From Eledone cirrhosa (lineage: Eukaryota), in the NCBI GenBank assembly GCA_964016885.1, contig OZ024745.1, forward strand, positions 134,416,001 to 134,480,000: a DNA stretch of 64,000 nucleotides, read 5' to 3'. Of the stretch, positions 41,815 through 54,659 are shown piece after piece (positions within the stretch are counted from its first letter, which is position 1; every line of letters begins with the position of its first letter). Made by a program: the position numbers and the translations under genes. Under the pieces are notes generated by a model that saw only the letters and a program-made list of their open reading frames with translations, made no database searches and was not told where the DNA came from.

Positions 41815-42985
41815 GGATGGAGAAGACATTGCCCTGGAAGACAGCAATGGAGATGTGCTGGAACAGCCACTCCACCTCATGAGGCTCACACATGCAGCCA
41901 ACTCCACTCCATAAGAGTGAGCAGGGATGTGGTCCACGGGCTAAGAATGCCTGAAGTCTCCACTGTCATAGGCTCAAATGCAAACCTATTAGAGAGCAGC
42001 CGATACTTTCGGTTTTCCTCTTCAACCTGGCAGGCAGCAAAGCCTGGGTTGGTAGGCAAATGCACCATGTTGCCATGAGAGAAGGTGTTATAACATGTAG
42101 CATTCCAGATGAGGGGCCTACCACAGCGGAACAGGAAGATTGTCATGCCGTCTGGCCTTTTGCCATCCCCTCAGTCCATCCATACTGGCTTGAGCTGGGA
42201 AAGAATCCTGCACCATCCAAGCCACGCTTTATGATCTTGTTGAGAACAGCTTGGTATCGGGGAACTCTGATCACTGATTCACAAGCAGTCGCTGTCCAGC
42301 TGAATGTCAGTCAAAAAGTGATGGTACCGCGTTGAGCCAGGCACCACTGTGGACTTGGGAGGCTGAGCACAAATATGCCAGATGGTGCTGGTCGAGCCAG
42401 TGCACCAGCCTGTCTGAGGTCATGTTGCACTGGATTGCATACTATTTGTTTTGGAGGGACTTGACGTCTATGGAGAGAAGGAGATGGACGTCCTCAGGGT
42501 GATCTTCGTCGGAGCAGGAACCATTGATCGGAGATCATGATAGACACCCTCTGTAGACTCGCCTATTGTCCCATCATCCAAGTACCAGATGTTGAGAGGG
42601 ATGTTGATTTTCCAAGTAACGTTGTCTACCCCGAGAGCAAAGAGAAGGGAGTCCAATGGATCACTCTGTTGGATGCTGGTTGAAGATGGCATGCCCTGTC
42701 CATAGTGAAGAACATGCTCAGAGACCCATAAGACAGGTAGGCCAGTGTGTAGATATGGCTATGGTAAGCCTCAAGCAAGTGGTTGTGGTGCAGACAGTTG
42801 AAGGCATTTCTCATGAAATGCCTAGAATAACTCACTGCCGGCTCAGGAGGACAGTCATTGTTGAACTGTTTAGTGGCATGGGCAGACCCTCATATCTGCT
42901 GGCCACACCTAGTTCAGGTGTGACAGACTTGCAGACGACCTTGGCTGCGAGCCTCCAGAAGACAGCTATGCATGAGTTAGCATCT
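41815..42985 (-). mobile_element. Degenerate CRE-like LINE (RT and RLE remnants)
   Basis: NAFNCL, QQSDPL, IWYLDDGT, GRPLIWNAT, FEPMTVETSG and WLFQHISIA. Confidence 0.85.
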
Positions 42986-43231
42986 ATTCAACAAATAATG
43001 CTTTGATTGGGTTATGGTTAAGGCTGATATAACTGTCCAAATAAGCTATAAAAGAATATAAAAAAGTTTCTAAGATAATGAAATAAAATAGACAATGCGA
43101 GATGGTCAAATAATCCATTTGAAGAAAATAGAATTTTGAAAACTCTATTAAAACTCTATTAAAAAAAAATCTGAATGACATCAACTGGTTGGCAAGGAGC
43201 TATAAGTAGTTATTTTATTTGATTGATAGGG

Positions 43232-43388
43232 CAGTTGGTGTTAGGAAGGGCATCCAGCCGTAGAAAACCCACCAGACAGTCCTATACGAGCAAGACAACT
43301 AATCTTGCCTCAAGTGGGAAAACTCCCGTCCAAACCCATGCAAGCGTGGAAGATGGACGTTAAACGATGATGATGATAATGATGATGG
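43232..43388 (+). mobile_element. RTE-derived SINE
   Basis: Near-identical to 20783-20925. Confidence 0.85.
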
Positions 43389-43885
43389 GGTTGGATCCAC
43401 CGAAGGGCAGTAATAAACTATTAGAGCAAAATAATGTTGGTGAAAGTTGAGTTGGTGGAATTTTGAAGAGCTCAATTGAATGAACTAATTTTGACAGAAA
43501 AATTCTGATCGGAGGTGGAAAGTTAATGGTCGTGAAATTGCAGGTAGGATTTAGATGTTGAAATATATATTTAGCATAGTATTCTCACAGTCAGTGCAGT
43601 TAAACCTTCCTCATAACATGAATGTTAAAGATTGAACAAAATAGGTCTCCAGAAAATGCGACTTGTTTCTTTTCCAACAAGAAATCCTTCATGGAGAGCT
43701 TGCTAGCTTACAAGTGGTGTGTGAATCTGGGTTTGTTCCAAAACATTTCTTTATTCCTTTGTTTATATTTTATAATTACTATTTAAGTACAGCTTGCTTA
43801 TTATTATTTTTTTTTTTATATCTTTGAGAAAATTTTGTCTTATAAGATTATCTACTTCTACAATTCCTTCACTCCATATCTGCCA

Positions 43886-43992
43886 TCACCACCACCACCA
43901 CTAATACTACCACCACCGCCACTAATACTACCACCACCGCCACTAATACTACCACCACCACCACTAATACTACCTCCACCGCCACTAATACT
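43886..43992. repeat. 21-bp tandem repeat, about 5 copies
   Basis: Unit ccaccaccgccactaatacta. Confidence 0.85.
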
Positions 43993-44599
43993 AGTACCAT
44001 TACTACTACTACACTATCATCATTATTCCTCATACTGGGGTAAGTTAAACATCATATTTTTTCCATATTATGTTGTAGCTTCTGTGACATTTTAATTTTA
44101 ATATTAATATTAATTTTATTTTATTCCATTTGTAAAACTAAAGCCTTTTATTTTATAGGTATGATGTTTTTTGACATTTTCAAATATGTTAGGAGTAGCT
44201 GTTGAGTAGACTTATGATTAGACATTTCAGCCGTAATCATTGTCTCTCTTTTTCACAGTGAAACTCAGGTGCATTATCATTGTCCTTTCCTTTAAGACAA
44301 TAAGGTGTGATATGCTATTTCTAACAGGTCAACTGACCATGTAGAGCCTCCATTGTTGCTCATTTTAGATGTTTATGCCGGTAGATGCTCTTTTTGTTTT
44401 TAACCAAGTAAAATCAGAATTTGTTGCCAATCAGGAAGACTGCAGCAGGCAGTGTTATATGTACTTGGACTTCATGTGTTTTGCCCTGTCTGGTCAGTCC
44501 ACCAGCTGGAGTAGGTCTTCATACATTCCACTATGTCTGGTCAGTCCACCAGCTGATTTGCAAATTAAGCCACACTCATTCCAAATGTACCATGGAGGG

Positions 44600-45425
44600 T
44601 GTGGTGGTAGAACCATCTCACAACTGGCTCATGTGATTTTAGATGGTTGACACATTCAGCTCTTGTTAGAAGAAAACATCCACATACATTGCACCTCAAT
44701 TCCTGCTGGATTTTTGCAGGCACTACACTTAGGTCCCACTTATGAAGTGAATGCTTCAAAGCAGTATGCTCCACTCGTTTTTGCTCAATGACACCCTATC
44801 CACACTTGATGATCTTTCTCCATGATATATGGCCTTCAGCCAATGCCGCCCAGTACTTCATATCAATCTTCAGAGCTTTAAGATTGTCTTTTATGACATC
44901 CTTAAACTGCTTCTTTGGTTTATGCTGTGGCCTTTTTCCTCTAGTCAGCTCCCCATAAAATATCTCTATAGGCAGCCTTCCATCCTGACCACATAACCAG
45001 CCCAACTCATTTGGTTCATAATTAACCTCTTCTCAATACTGGTACTGCCTGCTTTTTTAAGTACAGCAGTATCAGGTGTGTAAGAGGATCACTTGATGTT
45101 CAGGATGCATCAGATACAATGTTGATAAAACCTTCCCAAATATTTGATATGATGTCTGTAAGTTGTCCATGTTTTGCACCCATATAGCAGGGCTGTAAGA
45201 ACACAGGCCCATTACACAGAGAGTTTTGTATCTCTCATGATACTCTGACTTGCTTCTCAAGCTTTCCAAAGGCAAAACTCGCTTTTGCAACCCTGTAATT
45301 TATTTCAGCATCGAGTGTACCATCTCTAGTAAGTATACTTCCAAGATACACTTCCAACTTTATGCTAATATTTAGCCCAAATGCAGGACATGCATTGAAA
45401 TGAACACCTGTCAGCTGCAAGTATC
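44600..45425 (-). mobile_element. Degenerate RTE LINE 3' region (related to 21041-22876)
   Basis: VYLGSIL, AFGKLE, RLPIEIFYGEL.RGKRP and the finger CNVC...HLKSH. Confidence 0.85.
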
Positions 45426-45657
45426 TGTCCAGCTTGATGGTGGAAAAGACAGTGTTTTGGTCACCTTTTCTAGACTCCTCCCAAGATTTGAGTGAGCAGT
45501 GTTATCCGTTGAAAAGGCAACTCAGTCACAAACGCCTCTGTCCAAGCCAGTTCCTACTCCGAAAACTGGCAATGACATTAGATATGCCTTCAGCTTATCT
45601 AAAGTGTAGATTAGCAACTCTAAGGTTTGTATACATCACTGCAGGACTTTGAAGATC

Positions 45658-45738
45658 TCATCAGATATGCGGGCTTATGTGTTAAGACACATCTAGTTTA
45701 GATGTGTCTTTGCACAAATAAGCCCGCATATCTGATGA
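45658..45738. other. 81-nt near-perfect inverted repeat (hairpin)
   Basis: 21-bp perfect outer arms (45658-45678 and 45718-45738) and 12-bp perfect inner arms (45684-45695 and 45699-45710) around a 3-nt loop. Confidence 0.92.
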
Positions 45739-46029
45739 CATGTAGAGTTGTACCCTGATATGATCGATATCAAAACTATTGTAATATACAAATAAAGTTT
45801 GTACATATGCTGCAACACTGACTTCAACTCCTTTAAATCTATTTACACTCTGCACACTACAGTCATAACACTAGAATGCAACCCAAATGAAATGGACAAT
45901 CATAACAGCATTGAGTGCTTGAAACAGCACACTGCCTGAAACTGTTGCTACACACTTCACTAACATATATATTCATAAATATATATATATGTGTTTTGTT
46001 ACTTATATAAATTTTCTTTCTCGTTACAG

Positions 46030-47099
46030 AGCCAAGTGTTAAGGTTGACAGTCAAGCTCTTCAACTTGAGCAACTAGCTGCTGGAATCCGCCGTAGCATT
46101 GTCTTGGATGAAGAGGTTTTCGAAGAAACTTTCCTGCGTTGCATGATATGCCGTGATCGTTATGAGGAAAGTGTAAAAGTTCCAAAAATCCTTCCATGTC
46201 ATCACTCTTTCTGTCTACCATGTTTGATGCAACTCTATCATTCAGAGTGTGCTCAACGAAACAACCACACTCATTCTCGTGCAATCGGTGTTGGTGGAAC
46301 CATAGCATTTCAATGCCCCAGTTGTCGTAATTCTTTTATGACATCAGAAAGTCATGTTGTTCAACTGCCAACTGACCATCGAGTTGTTCAACTGTTGGAT
46401 TTCGTCCGTCATACAAATACATATACAGTTAACTTCTGCTCCAAGCATCATCTTCAGCCATTGAACTTCTTTTGTGAGCCATGCATCAAACCTGTATGTC
46501 GAGATTGCACTGTCCTGGATCATAAGGATCGACATGGCCATAACGTTATGGATGTAAATGAGGCTCTGAAGAAGTATCGTCCTGTTATTGAGTCAGCAGT
46601 CACTAACATGGAAAATGAAGCAACCTCTTTAGATAGCAAAAAAGGAACTCTTGAAGAATTGGTGAAAACCAAAGATACCAACAATGACACAATAAAAAAA
46701 CAAATTAAAGAATCATTTGGTGTCCTGAGAAATACTCTGGAGAACCGTGAGCAAGATTTGATTGAAATAACAAATCAAAATGTTTCGCGAGAAAAGCAAC
46801 GGATTATACAAATTATGAATAAAATGGAAGAGAGACAGAAGATTATCAAAGAGGAATGTACAAAACTCCGAGAAGCCTTAACTGACAGCAATATAGAAGA
46901 AATGTTTAATCTGCATGAAAATCTCAAGGTGACAGCTAAAAACCCAATCCATGTAAGGGAGATAGATGATGGTCTCCAAACTAATTTATCTTTCCATTCA
47001 AATATACATCTTCTGTTAGAACAAATTGATAATTTTGGTAAGATAGAGGCACAGGTAACCATAAACAACATTTCAAAAATGCCTAAAAGTAATATCTAA
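46030..47099 (+). CDS. TRIM-family E3 ligase (RING, B-box, coiled coil; no C-terminal domain), terminal coding exon
   Basis: RING CMIC...LPCHHSFCLPC...CPSC, B-box CSKH...FFCEPC...VCRDC...DH...H, then a coiled coil. The ORF-track start is TTG, not ATG. The frame is open back to a polypyrimidine acceptor ttttctttctcgttacag (AG 46028-46029, phase 1). AATAAA at about 47258 and 47818. Confidence 0.93.
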
Positions 47100-47644
47100 G
47101 AGAAATTTCAAGTTACTAGAAATAAGAAAGGAAATGAAAAGCAGTTTTAGAGTATAATTCACTGCTTCAGGACTTGGTATAGTGCACAGGTTTTCATAGT
47201 CCCTACTCCCCACCCTGCTCCCCCTAAAAGGTATTATGTAGGATATCTGCAAAATGAAATAAAGTGTTTTCACTCCAATCAAGGTACTATGCTGTGCTCA
47301 AATTATCAAAGGGAATATTTTCGATACAAAAACATTACTAAATATATTCCTTTTCAAAGACTCTAACAGTAATTAAAAATAATGAAATGATAACAAGAAT
47401 TATTTATATATTTATGTATGTTTACATAAATATTTACATTAAATTGTTATGCACTTTAAATAGCAGGAATAGAAGCGCATAAAATTGTTTGCCTTATTTT
47501 CATCAACAATTCAATCGTCCAGCTTCACGCCAGTATCTCTTATAGTGTCTTAATGTGTAATTGTTTATGTATTAACATTTTTAAAACCATTTATTTATTT
47601 ATTTATTTATCCTATCCTACATCTGAAATGAATAACAAATCTGC

Positions 47645-47725
47645 CAACTGTAGTCTACATGTTTGTTACAACTGTAGTCTACATGTTTGTTACAACTGTA
47701 GTCTACATGTTTGTTACAACTGTAG
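47645..47725. repeat. 24-bp tandem repeat, about 3 copies, downstream of the TRIM stop codon
   Basis: Unit caactgtagtctacatgtttgtta. Confidence 0.85.
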
Positions 47726-48859
47726 CTTTTTTTCTCCAATCTCACACTGGTTCTTATTAACTTAAATCGAGGGATTTAACAAATCTGTGGATAACTGACC
47801 TTTTCATTCATTTTGGCAATAAAAATACCTCACTAAATTGCAGATTGAACCATTAAAAAAAATGTCTTTGTAATTATGTGTAATTAGTTTCATCATTTTC
47901 CTGAAAACAAATCCAAAGTTGTCTTGAAAATAAGTGTTTTAAAATAAATGAGTAGTAACATGTAATCTGGTTTTGTTTATAAAAGCTCATTGTTCTGAAG
48001 ACACAATGGCCATGAGGTAGCAAACAAACTACTATACACATGGTCATCAATGGAAACATTACTAATGCCCTTGCCTTGTGTATGCACCTACCTGGACCTG
48101 AGCAAGGGATATAATTTTGTTTACACAAGTTACCTGGCTGACAACAGGCTTCACTTCTATATTACAATTGAGTGTTAGTAATAAAAAGAGTGCATAACTG
48201 AAAACTAATTGTTCTAACAATATACAAAAGACAACTGGCTAGATTTGAAAAGTCCTATTTTTATTTAGACAGAAGAGAAGGGAAGTGCCCATGACTCTTT
48301 TCTGGGCCTCCTTAATTGGTGGGAGAGAGGAATGTATCCCCAAATCTGTGACCTGGGCTGAATGCATCCGAGTGGATTCTGTTAAAGGCAGCCAAGGACA
48401 AGGTGGTTGTATTAAACTGAATAGACATTATGTCTACCACCCAATATGAAGTTGTAGTTGTTGCTGTCAGTATAAGAACTATTTATATTTTATTAATATT
48501 TTTTTTAATATATTAGCTACTCATTTATATACCAAATCTATTGCAACAGTCAAAAATATCAAAGAGTATTGACTTATATTGATTTATAATATAGACACTA
48601 TGTCAGCAAAGTTGATTAAACCAACTAAACCAACACCAGGACTGCCAATGCTCTGCCAACACATCACCCTAGTATTGACTTATATTAAAATAGGTTTCAT
48701 CAGTGTTGGTTTAAAAATCTTTGTTGGAATTTTATTTTAATTTAGTTTTATAGTTATTTCTATTCATTAATACTTGCCTAATTTGACATGTTAATATTTT
48801 ACAGTTATTTCAATGAGAAAAACATGCAAGTCATATTTTTATTATGTAGCTATAGATCA

Positions 48860-49560
48860 GGGTGGTGGAACAGCAGAATCACTAGAGTGTCAGGATGAAG
48901 GATAAAGATTCCATAATTCCTTGTGGAGTCATAGAGGTACCGTCATACAGCGTGTCTAGGGCACTTTTTAAACCTGGCGGAGTCCAACCCTCTCCAGGTC
49001 TGAACACAGCCAATATTTTCTATAAAGGAAGAATTGACCCCAATACTGGACTGGTACTTTTTTTTTATCGACCTTTAAGGATGAAAGGCAAAGTTGACCT
49101 CGGCGGGATGAATACCGCATTCTATCTGATGTCTTAATGACTCTGCCAATTCGCCACCTATAAGTGTCAGACAAAATACTTTATGGCATTTATTCATGAC
49201 TCTCTATGTTCTAAGTTCAAATCTCACTGAAGTTGGCTTTGCCTTTCATTCTTCTAGAGTTAATAAAATACCAGTAAAGTTGATATAATCGACTTACCCC
49301 TCCCCATAAATTGTTGACCTTGTAACTAGATTAAAAATTATATAAAGGGCAGTGGATTGGCAAAGTCATTAGAACATTGGACAAATGTTTAAAAGTATTT
49401 GTTCCTGGTCTTTATGTTCTGAGTTCATATCCTACCAAGGTCAAGTTTGCCTTTCATCCCTCCAGGGTTAATAAAATAAAGTACCAGTTAAGTACTGGGG
49501 TTGATATAATTGACTTCCCCTTCCTCACAACTTGTCTTTGTGCCTAAACTAGAAATTATG
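48860..49560. mobile_element. Cluster of decayed tRNA-derived SINEs in both orientations
   Basis: Repeated tttgcctttcat...taataaaata...taccag motifs and one inverted copy (about 49030-49160). Confidence 0.75.
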
Positions 49561-49829
49561 TAGCTCCAGATTATATCTGAGCTGGCAACTAACCTATAAA
49601 AAGTCAGCTCAACAAAAGACAAGTCATGTTATAAGATTAAGTGGAGAATTAAGCATTGAACAAATGTTTTAATAGACTGGGTTAATATTTTTTCTTTTTA
49701 TTTTATTTTATTCTCTTCCTTCCTTTTCTATATTACTTACAACTTCTCATTTTCAAAGAGGCAACATTTTGAAATTTCAATTACTACAAGGTCAAGAAAT
49801 ACATTAAGGTTTAGTTTAAAAACTTGCAC

Positions 49830-51110
49830 TCATTATATGCATTCTGCTTATAAGTTCTGGTGCTTCATTTCCCCTCCAAAATACCTATGTGCTTGTCTTG
49901 TCTCTTTTCAGCCTGAGTCCCAGTTTTCTCCTTTCATTGCCTCTGGCAGTTTTGTGGTTAACTTGAACTTTCATAGGTAGCTTGAGACTTCTGCTGCCGA
50001 CACCACGGTCTCATCTACCAAGATATTGTTGATGAAGGAATTAGTGGCTTTTTCACCTTGTCCACCTTCCTCAGAATAGCCTGGAGAACAGTCGCCATGA
50101 TCTTTGGTGCTGAATTCAAGCTTGGTCAGGCAGTATGTCTGGCCCTTATAGCTGACCAGCTGATACTGCCAGTTTCTCAGCTATGTGTAGTTGTAAATAT
50201 GCTGACTTTAAGTCAACACGACAATTGTGGCAGCCACTGTCATTTGTCTCCACTTTTCCAAGGTTTCCCCCCGCAAACATCTGTAACCTCGCCGCCTGTG
50301 TGGCACAACATGTGTTTGTTCAGTTCACGAAAGTCCAGCACCGGCCTGACTTTTTGCTTTGTTGGCTACACTAGTGCCATTAGCAACAACACTCCATTCT
50401 TTACAGCCTCCTTCCAAGGAATTAATATGCCTTCCTTGATCCATCTTTGCACCTCTACCTTTAACTCGCTTCTAGCATCCCCTTTCAGTGTTTGCTGATA
50501 ATTACTCACTCTGTTATTCAACCACCTCCACTAATGTCGTTGAGCAACCCATATCCACAACATTTTATGACATAATCCCCTCTGCAAGAACCTCCACAAT
50601 GGACAGCGGCTGCAAGAGCGCCTCTACTCACCTCCGGGGGTAGCTACCGGCTTTGTAACTCCTCTTTGTCTGTTTCGATGTGGCCTGGTTACATCAGTAG
50701 CAAATTATTTCAGTTTCTGGTTCCCTGCAGTCGCTTGCAATGTGCTGACACTGACACCTGAAGCACTGGCCTCTGAACACATGCAACTCTGATCGCTGTC
50801 AACTGCTATTGGCTTCCATTGCTGCTGACACTGCAACATTCCGCTTAACGCCTCATGTCATTAAGCGGGCCTATTAGTTTGCTCATTGCTATTTTGTTGT
50901 TGCTCAACAACTGTTGGAGCCTCTCTGAAATTTCGTCAAGGAAACTGTTTACAAACATTATCCACATGGCACTTTCGAGATTTTCTCCTGTGAATTCGGC
51001 TGGTGTAGCCAACCTCCAAATTTCCCCCTTGAACACAACCACCTGCTCTCCCATCCATCTCACTTTGCTTAACTTGGTGAAAGCAACATAAACTCAATAA
51101 GTAGCAACAA
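49830..51110 (-). mobile_element. Decayed LTR retrotransposon (Gypsy-like) internal region with RT
   Basis: Manual translation gives EVQRWIKEGILIPW, KVRPVLDFRELN, LKSAYLQL, LNSAPKIM and SFINNIL (decayed YIDD), with frameshifts. Confidence 0.75.
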
Positions 51111-51449
51111 TTTCGCAGGCATCTTTCAAATGTTTAAAACTTTATTAATGTTTTTGATTAAGTTTTTAAACAAATCAAATATACGAAATGAAGAATTAAT
51201 AAAATTCTGATAGTTTTTCATGTTTTTCTAACCTCCTCACACACACTTCTTTGTGATATTTTAATGTATAAAAGTTTTAAATACATCCATACACATATAT
51301 ACTTGTATGCACACACACACGTGTACATACACACGCTCACATTTTTTATTAAACTTTAGTAACCTACCAATAGATAAGACAGTTTTTCAAAGCTCAGAAA
51401 ATGGTGACTAAGTATAAATACTTGAAAGATCTATTTCAAGCAACATTGG

Positions 51450-51764
51450 TTACATGTTCCAGATTAAAATAGCTGAATTGCCCCCAAAGAACATATACAG
51501 TAATTTATGTAGTTCATATGTTATTTCAAAACCAAACCCTTCACCAACAACGACATGCCAACGCCCTTTAAATTTTTTATCCATGGCCTCTTTAATTGAT
51601 CTGGCAGCCAGTTCATTATTATCAGCATATTTCTCACAGGCAACAATAACAAGTTCCATTGTTTCTGTTTTCATTTCAGAAGCCATGTCTGAATATTTAG
51701 TTAAAGCATAGCCAAAATTAGCAACTTTCTGTTCTGATTCCTTCTTTTCAGTTGTTTCAGCCAT
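51450..51764 (-). CDS. DNAL4: Dynein light chain 4, axonemal
   Basis: 104-aa ORF with the DNAL4 signature SDM..EM..ETMEL...ACEK...NNE.AA..IKE.MDKKF...WHVVVGEGFGFEIT.E...LLYMFFGG. 5' UTR acceptor (ctttctctttgcag, exon starting at 51828). AATAAA on the - strand near 51345. Confidence 0.93.
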   Translation of the reverse strand: MAETTEKKESEQKVANFGYALTKYSDMASEMKTETMELVIVACEKYADNNELAARSIKEAMDKKFKGRWHVVVGEGFGFEITYELHKLLYMFFGGNSAILIWNM

Positions 51765-52171
51765 TAGTACTTCATATAGATATATTCACAAATTATCTCT
51801 CCAATTTGATATTGAACATATTTCTATACTGCAAAGAGAAAGGAACCTTCATATAAATAGATACGAGTTCATTGAAGCAATCAGTTGGGAGAACCTTATA
51901 TTCAACATTTAGTTCGTTTACTGTGTTGACTATAAATTCTTTCATACACTTAGAACATCTAAGGGGAGACCACTGGTATGTATAATCTCTTGAATCTCTA
52001 CAAGGAGAAAAAGTCTCTATTAATGTTCCAACAGGCCATTGAATTATAGGACATTTTCGACTTTGTTATATTATATATAGGTTTTGGTAATTACGAATTA
52101 TCAAATTTGATGTTTGAACTGTTAGTTTTTGGAGAGTTTTTAATAAAGTAGTAATCACTTTATTTTTAAGA

Positions 52172-52470
52172 GATCGTTTTTGGTGCCACGACAAAAAGCG
52201 CCTTGTCGACACTGTAAAGTGGTCATATAAGTGTCACAACAAAAAGCGCCCCGTCCACACTGTAGAGTGGTTGTGTAAGTGTTATTTCAAAAAGTACCTA
52301 CTCCACACTGTAAATGTGGTTGGCGTTAGGAAGAGCATCCAGCCATAGAAACCAAGCCAAAATTAGTTCTGTATGAGCAAGACACAGTCATCTGATCTGG
52401 CTTGTCTCACACAGGACAACTCGTCTAACCTATGCTAGTGTGGAAAAATGAACGTTAAATGGTGATGATT
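52172..52470 (+). mobile_element. RTE-derived SINE with three tandem pseudoknot-like modules
   Basis: Three ~48-bp units ending aaaaagYRcc...cacactgta, then gttggcgttaggaagagcatccagcc and the RTE tail. Confidence 0.82.
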
Positions 52471-52519
52471 CTATCTATATCCATACCACAACAACAAGCA
52501 TTTAAAGGAAATTCTCATT

Positions 52520-53210
52520 CAAGCTGTCTTTGGATGGTTCTTATACAGCTCTGAGTTCTTCATCCTCAGTGTATTCTGGTTAATTTTCAGAACCATCTTC
52601 AGCATCCTTGTGTAGCACCCATCCACCATCTGAGTGAGTCTCTTGGTCGCGCCCTAGTCTCTGACCCGTACGTACAGCAGCACAGATTCCACTGTAGCAA
52701 TGAAGAGATGGATCTTCATGTCTTTACAAAGGTCCGACTTCTACACCAACCATAATCTGTGAAACGGTGCCCTGGCTTTGTTCTTCCTCTCCGCTACATC
52801 CTCCTCTAATCCTTGTTCCCAAATACAGGAAGTCCTCAACCAACTCCAACAGCTTCCCACCTATATTCACAATCGTTTCTGGCTCTTTCATATTCTCCAC
52901 CAGGTAGTTTGTTTTACTCTCATTCATTCTCAGCCACATACTCATAAACACAGTATCCACTTCTCGCATCAACTCCTCTGCAGCCTTCACTGTGTTTGTC
53001 ACCAGGGCTATGTTGTCAGCAAATTCAGCATCTGATATCTTTATAGCTTTAACTCTCCTGTTGTGAGTTGGCATTACAGTGAAGCTGGTTTTTCTCCAGT
53101 GCAAGGCACATACAATAGTTCACGGCGATGATGAAAATGTAGGTAGCCAATGTATCGCCCAGGAGCACTCCAACCAGTATCTCAAAGAACTCTGTTATCC
53201 CGTCAGAAGC
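52520..53210 (-). mobile_element. RTE LINE fragment (family of 18541-20640)
   Basis: ISDAEFADNIALV, LRMNESKT and FLYLG. Confidence 0.88.
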
Positions 53211-53359
53211 TTACACCTCACCTTTACTTAAGATGTTTGTCACTGTGTATGGTGTCAACATTAATGAAATTGAAACATAGGCTAGCAGTTATATAATTGG
53301 CATTCATTCGTTTTAAATAGACATTACGTATTGCTGAGATTTGACAATTTCCGTATGCG

Positions 53360-54150
53360 GACATCATCATCATTTTACGTCCGCTTTTCCCTGCTTGCAA
53401 GGGTAGGACGGGTCCTATTCAGCACAGCATCTCTCCACTTGTCACGATCCTTCGTCATCTCCTCCGCGAGCTTCAGCAATCTGAGGTCTGCTCTCACCAC
53501 CTCCACCCATGTTTTTTGTGGTCTTCCTCTACTGCATCTTCCTTCTACTGGGATTTCTTGGCACTCCTTTACTCAGCAGTCATCCTCCATGCGCATCACA
53601 TGTCCATACCATCTCAGTCTCTTCTCTTGCACATTACAACTTATCCCTCTTATACAGTTTCTCTCTCAACTCATCTATACTTGGTCGTTCATGCACATTG
53701 ACATTGCACATCCAACGGAGCATGCTTGCTTCATTTCTCTCCAGTTGTCGCATATCCTCTGCAGTTGCTGCCCATGTCTCACTACCATGCAGCATCGCAC
53801 ATCTCACACAGGCATCATATAACCGGCCTTTTGTACGCAGGGTGAAACCGTTCTTTGTCAGCAGAGGAAGCAGCTCACTAAACTTCTTCCAACCTGTCCT
53901 TATTCTAGATTCTATGGCCTCGGACCCCCCCCCCCCCTCCCATGCTAATCTTATCACCTAGGTACCGGAAGCTATCAACCATTTCTATAGAACCTACCTG
54001 CATTCGAAAAATGTGTCTATCACTGCAATTACTACTGTCAAATTTCCCTGTACATCTACTGCATACGTAGTTTTCCCTACCTGTTAGTTTGCCTGCTATC
54101 CCACTACATCTCTTGTGTACCCAAGATCTGCATTGTGTACATTTTATACA
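53360..54150 (-). mobile_element. RTE LINE 3' fragment including the PHD-like finger
   Basis: CTQCRSWVHKRC...YVCSRC, RIRTGWKKF, MLHGSETW and ERNEASMLRW, followed by the tail. Confidence 0.92.
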
Positions 54151-54659
54151 ATAAAATAAAACCGAATAGTACCTGATGGATCTGTAAAGGGCGAATGATT
54201 TATTAGTACAAGAGAATGTTTGAAATTTTTTTCTTTTTCTATATTCTATTTTGTTATATATTTGATAAACAATCCTCAGAATTAAAGAAATTGTTGTAAT
54301 TGATTAAAATGTCAGCGATGCTTAAAGCATGTGATGTGTGACCAATTATCGCACTTGGTGGTGAATCGCCCCCCCCCCCCCTTCTTTTAAAAAATATTTT
54401 AAAACTCCTTTATATTTGTATATATGTGTTTGTGTTTTCGTTTTGTAAGCATTGTTATTATATTTTTATACAACTTTAATGTTTAACAAGAAATTACAAC
54501 AGCAGAAAAACAAAACAAAACAACTCCAAGTTTTGTATACTCAACATAAAAGGAAAGAAACTGAGAAATTGTAACATGTGCCTTCGTCCGTAACCAAACA
54601 ATAATATTCTGAAATCTAGTTCTTTTGTTGTACAAAACGCATTTAAAAAGCGAGCATGG

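Noticed and set aside
43835-44095. Proline-rich ORF (PPPPLIL)n
   Set aside because: Translation of a 21-bp tandem repeat with a non-ATG start and no convincing splice signals.
44259-44268. 10-nt micro-exon (tttcacag|tgaaactcag|gt) in the TRIM intron
   Set aside because: Its length is not a multiple of 3 and would break the phase-1 junction; the donor is weak.
46104-46106. ORF-track start codon of the TRIM ORF
   Set aside because: It is TTG. The frame continues upstream to a splice acceptor, so the true start is in an upstream exon.
46039-47071. Antisense ORFs over the TRIM exon, and similar shadows over DNAL4 and the LINEs
   Set aside because: Shadow frames of real coding sequence, with no recognisable domains.
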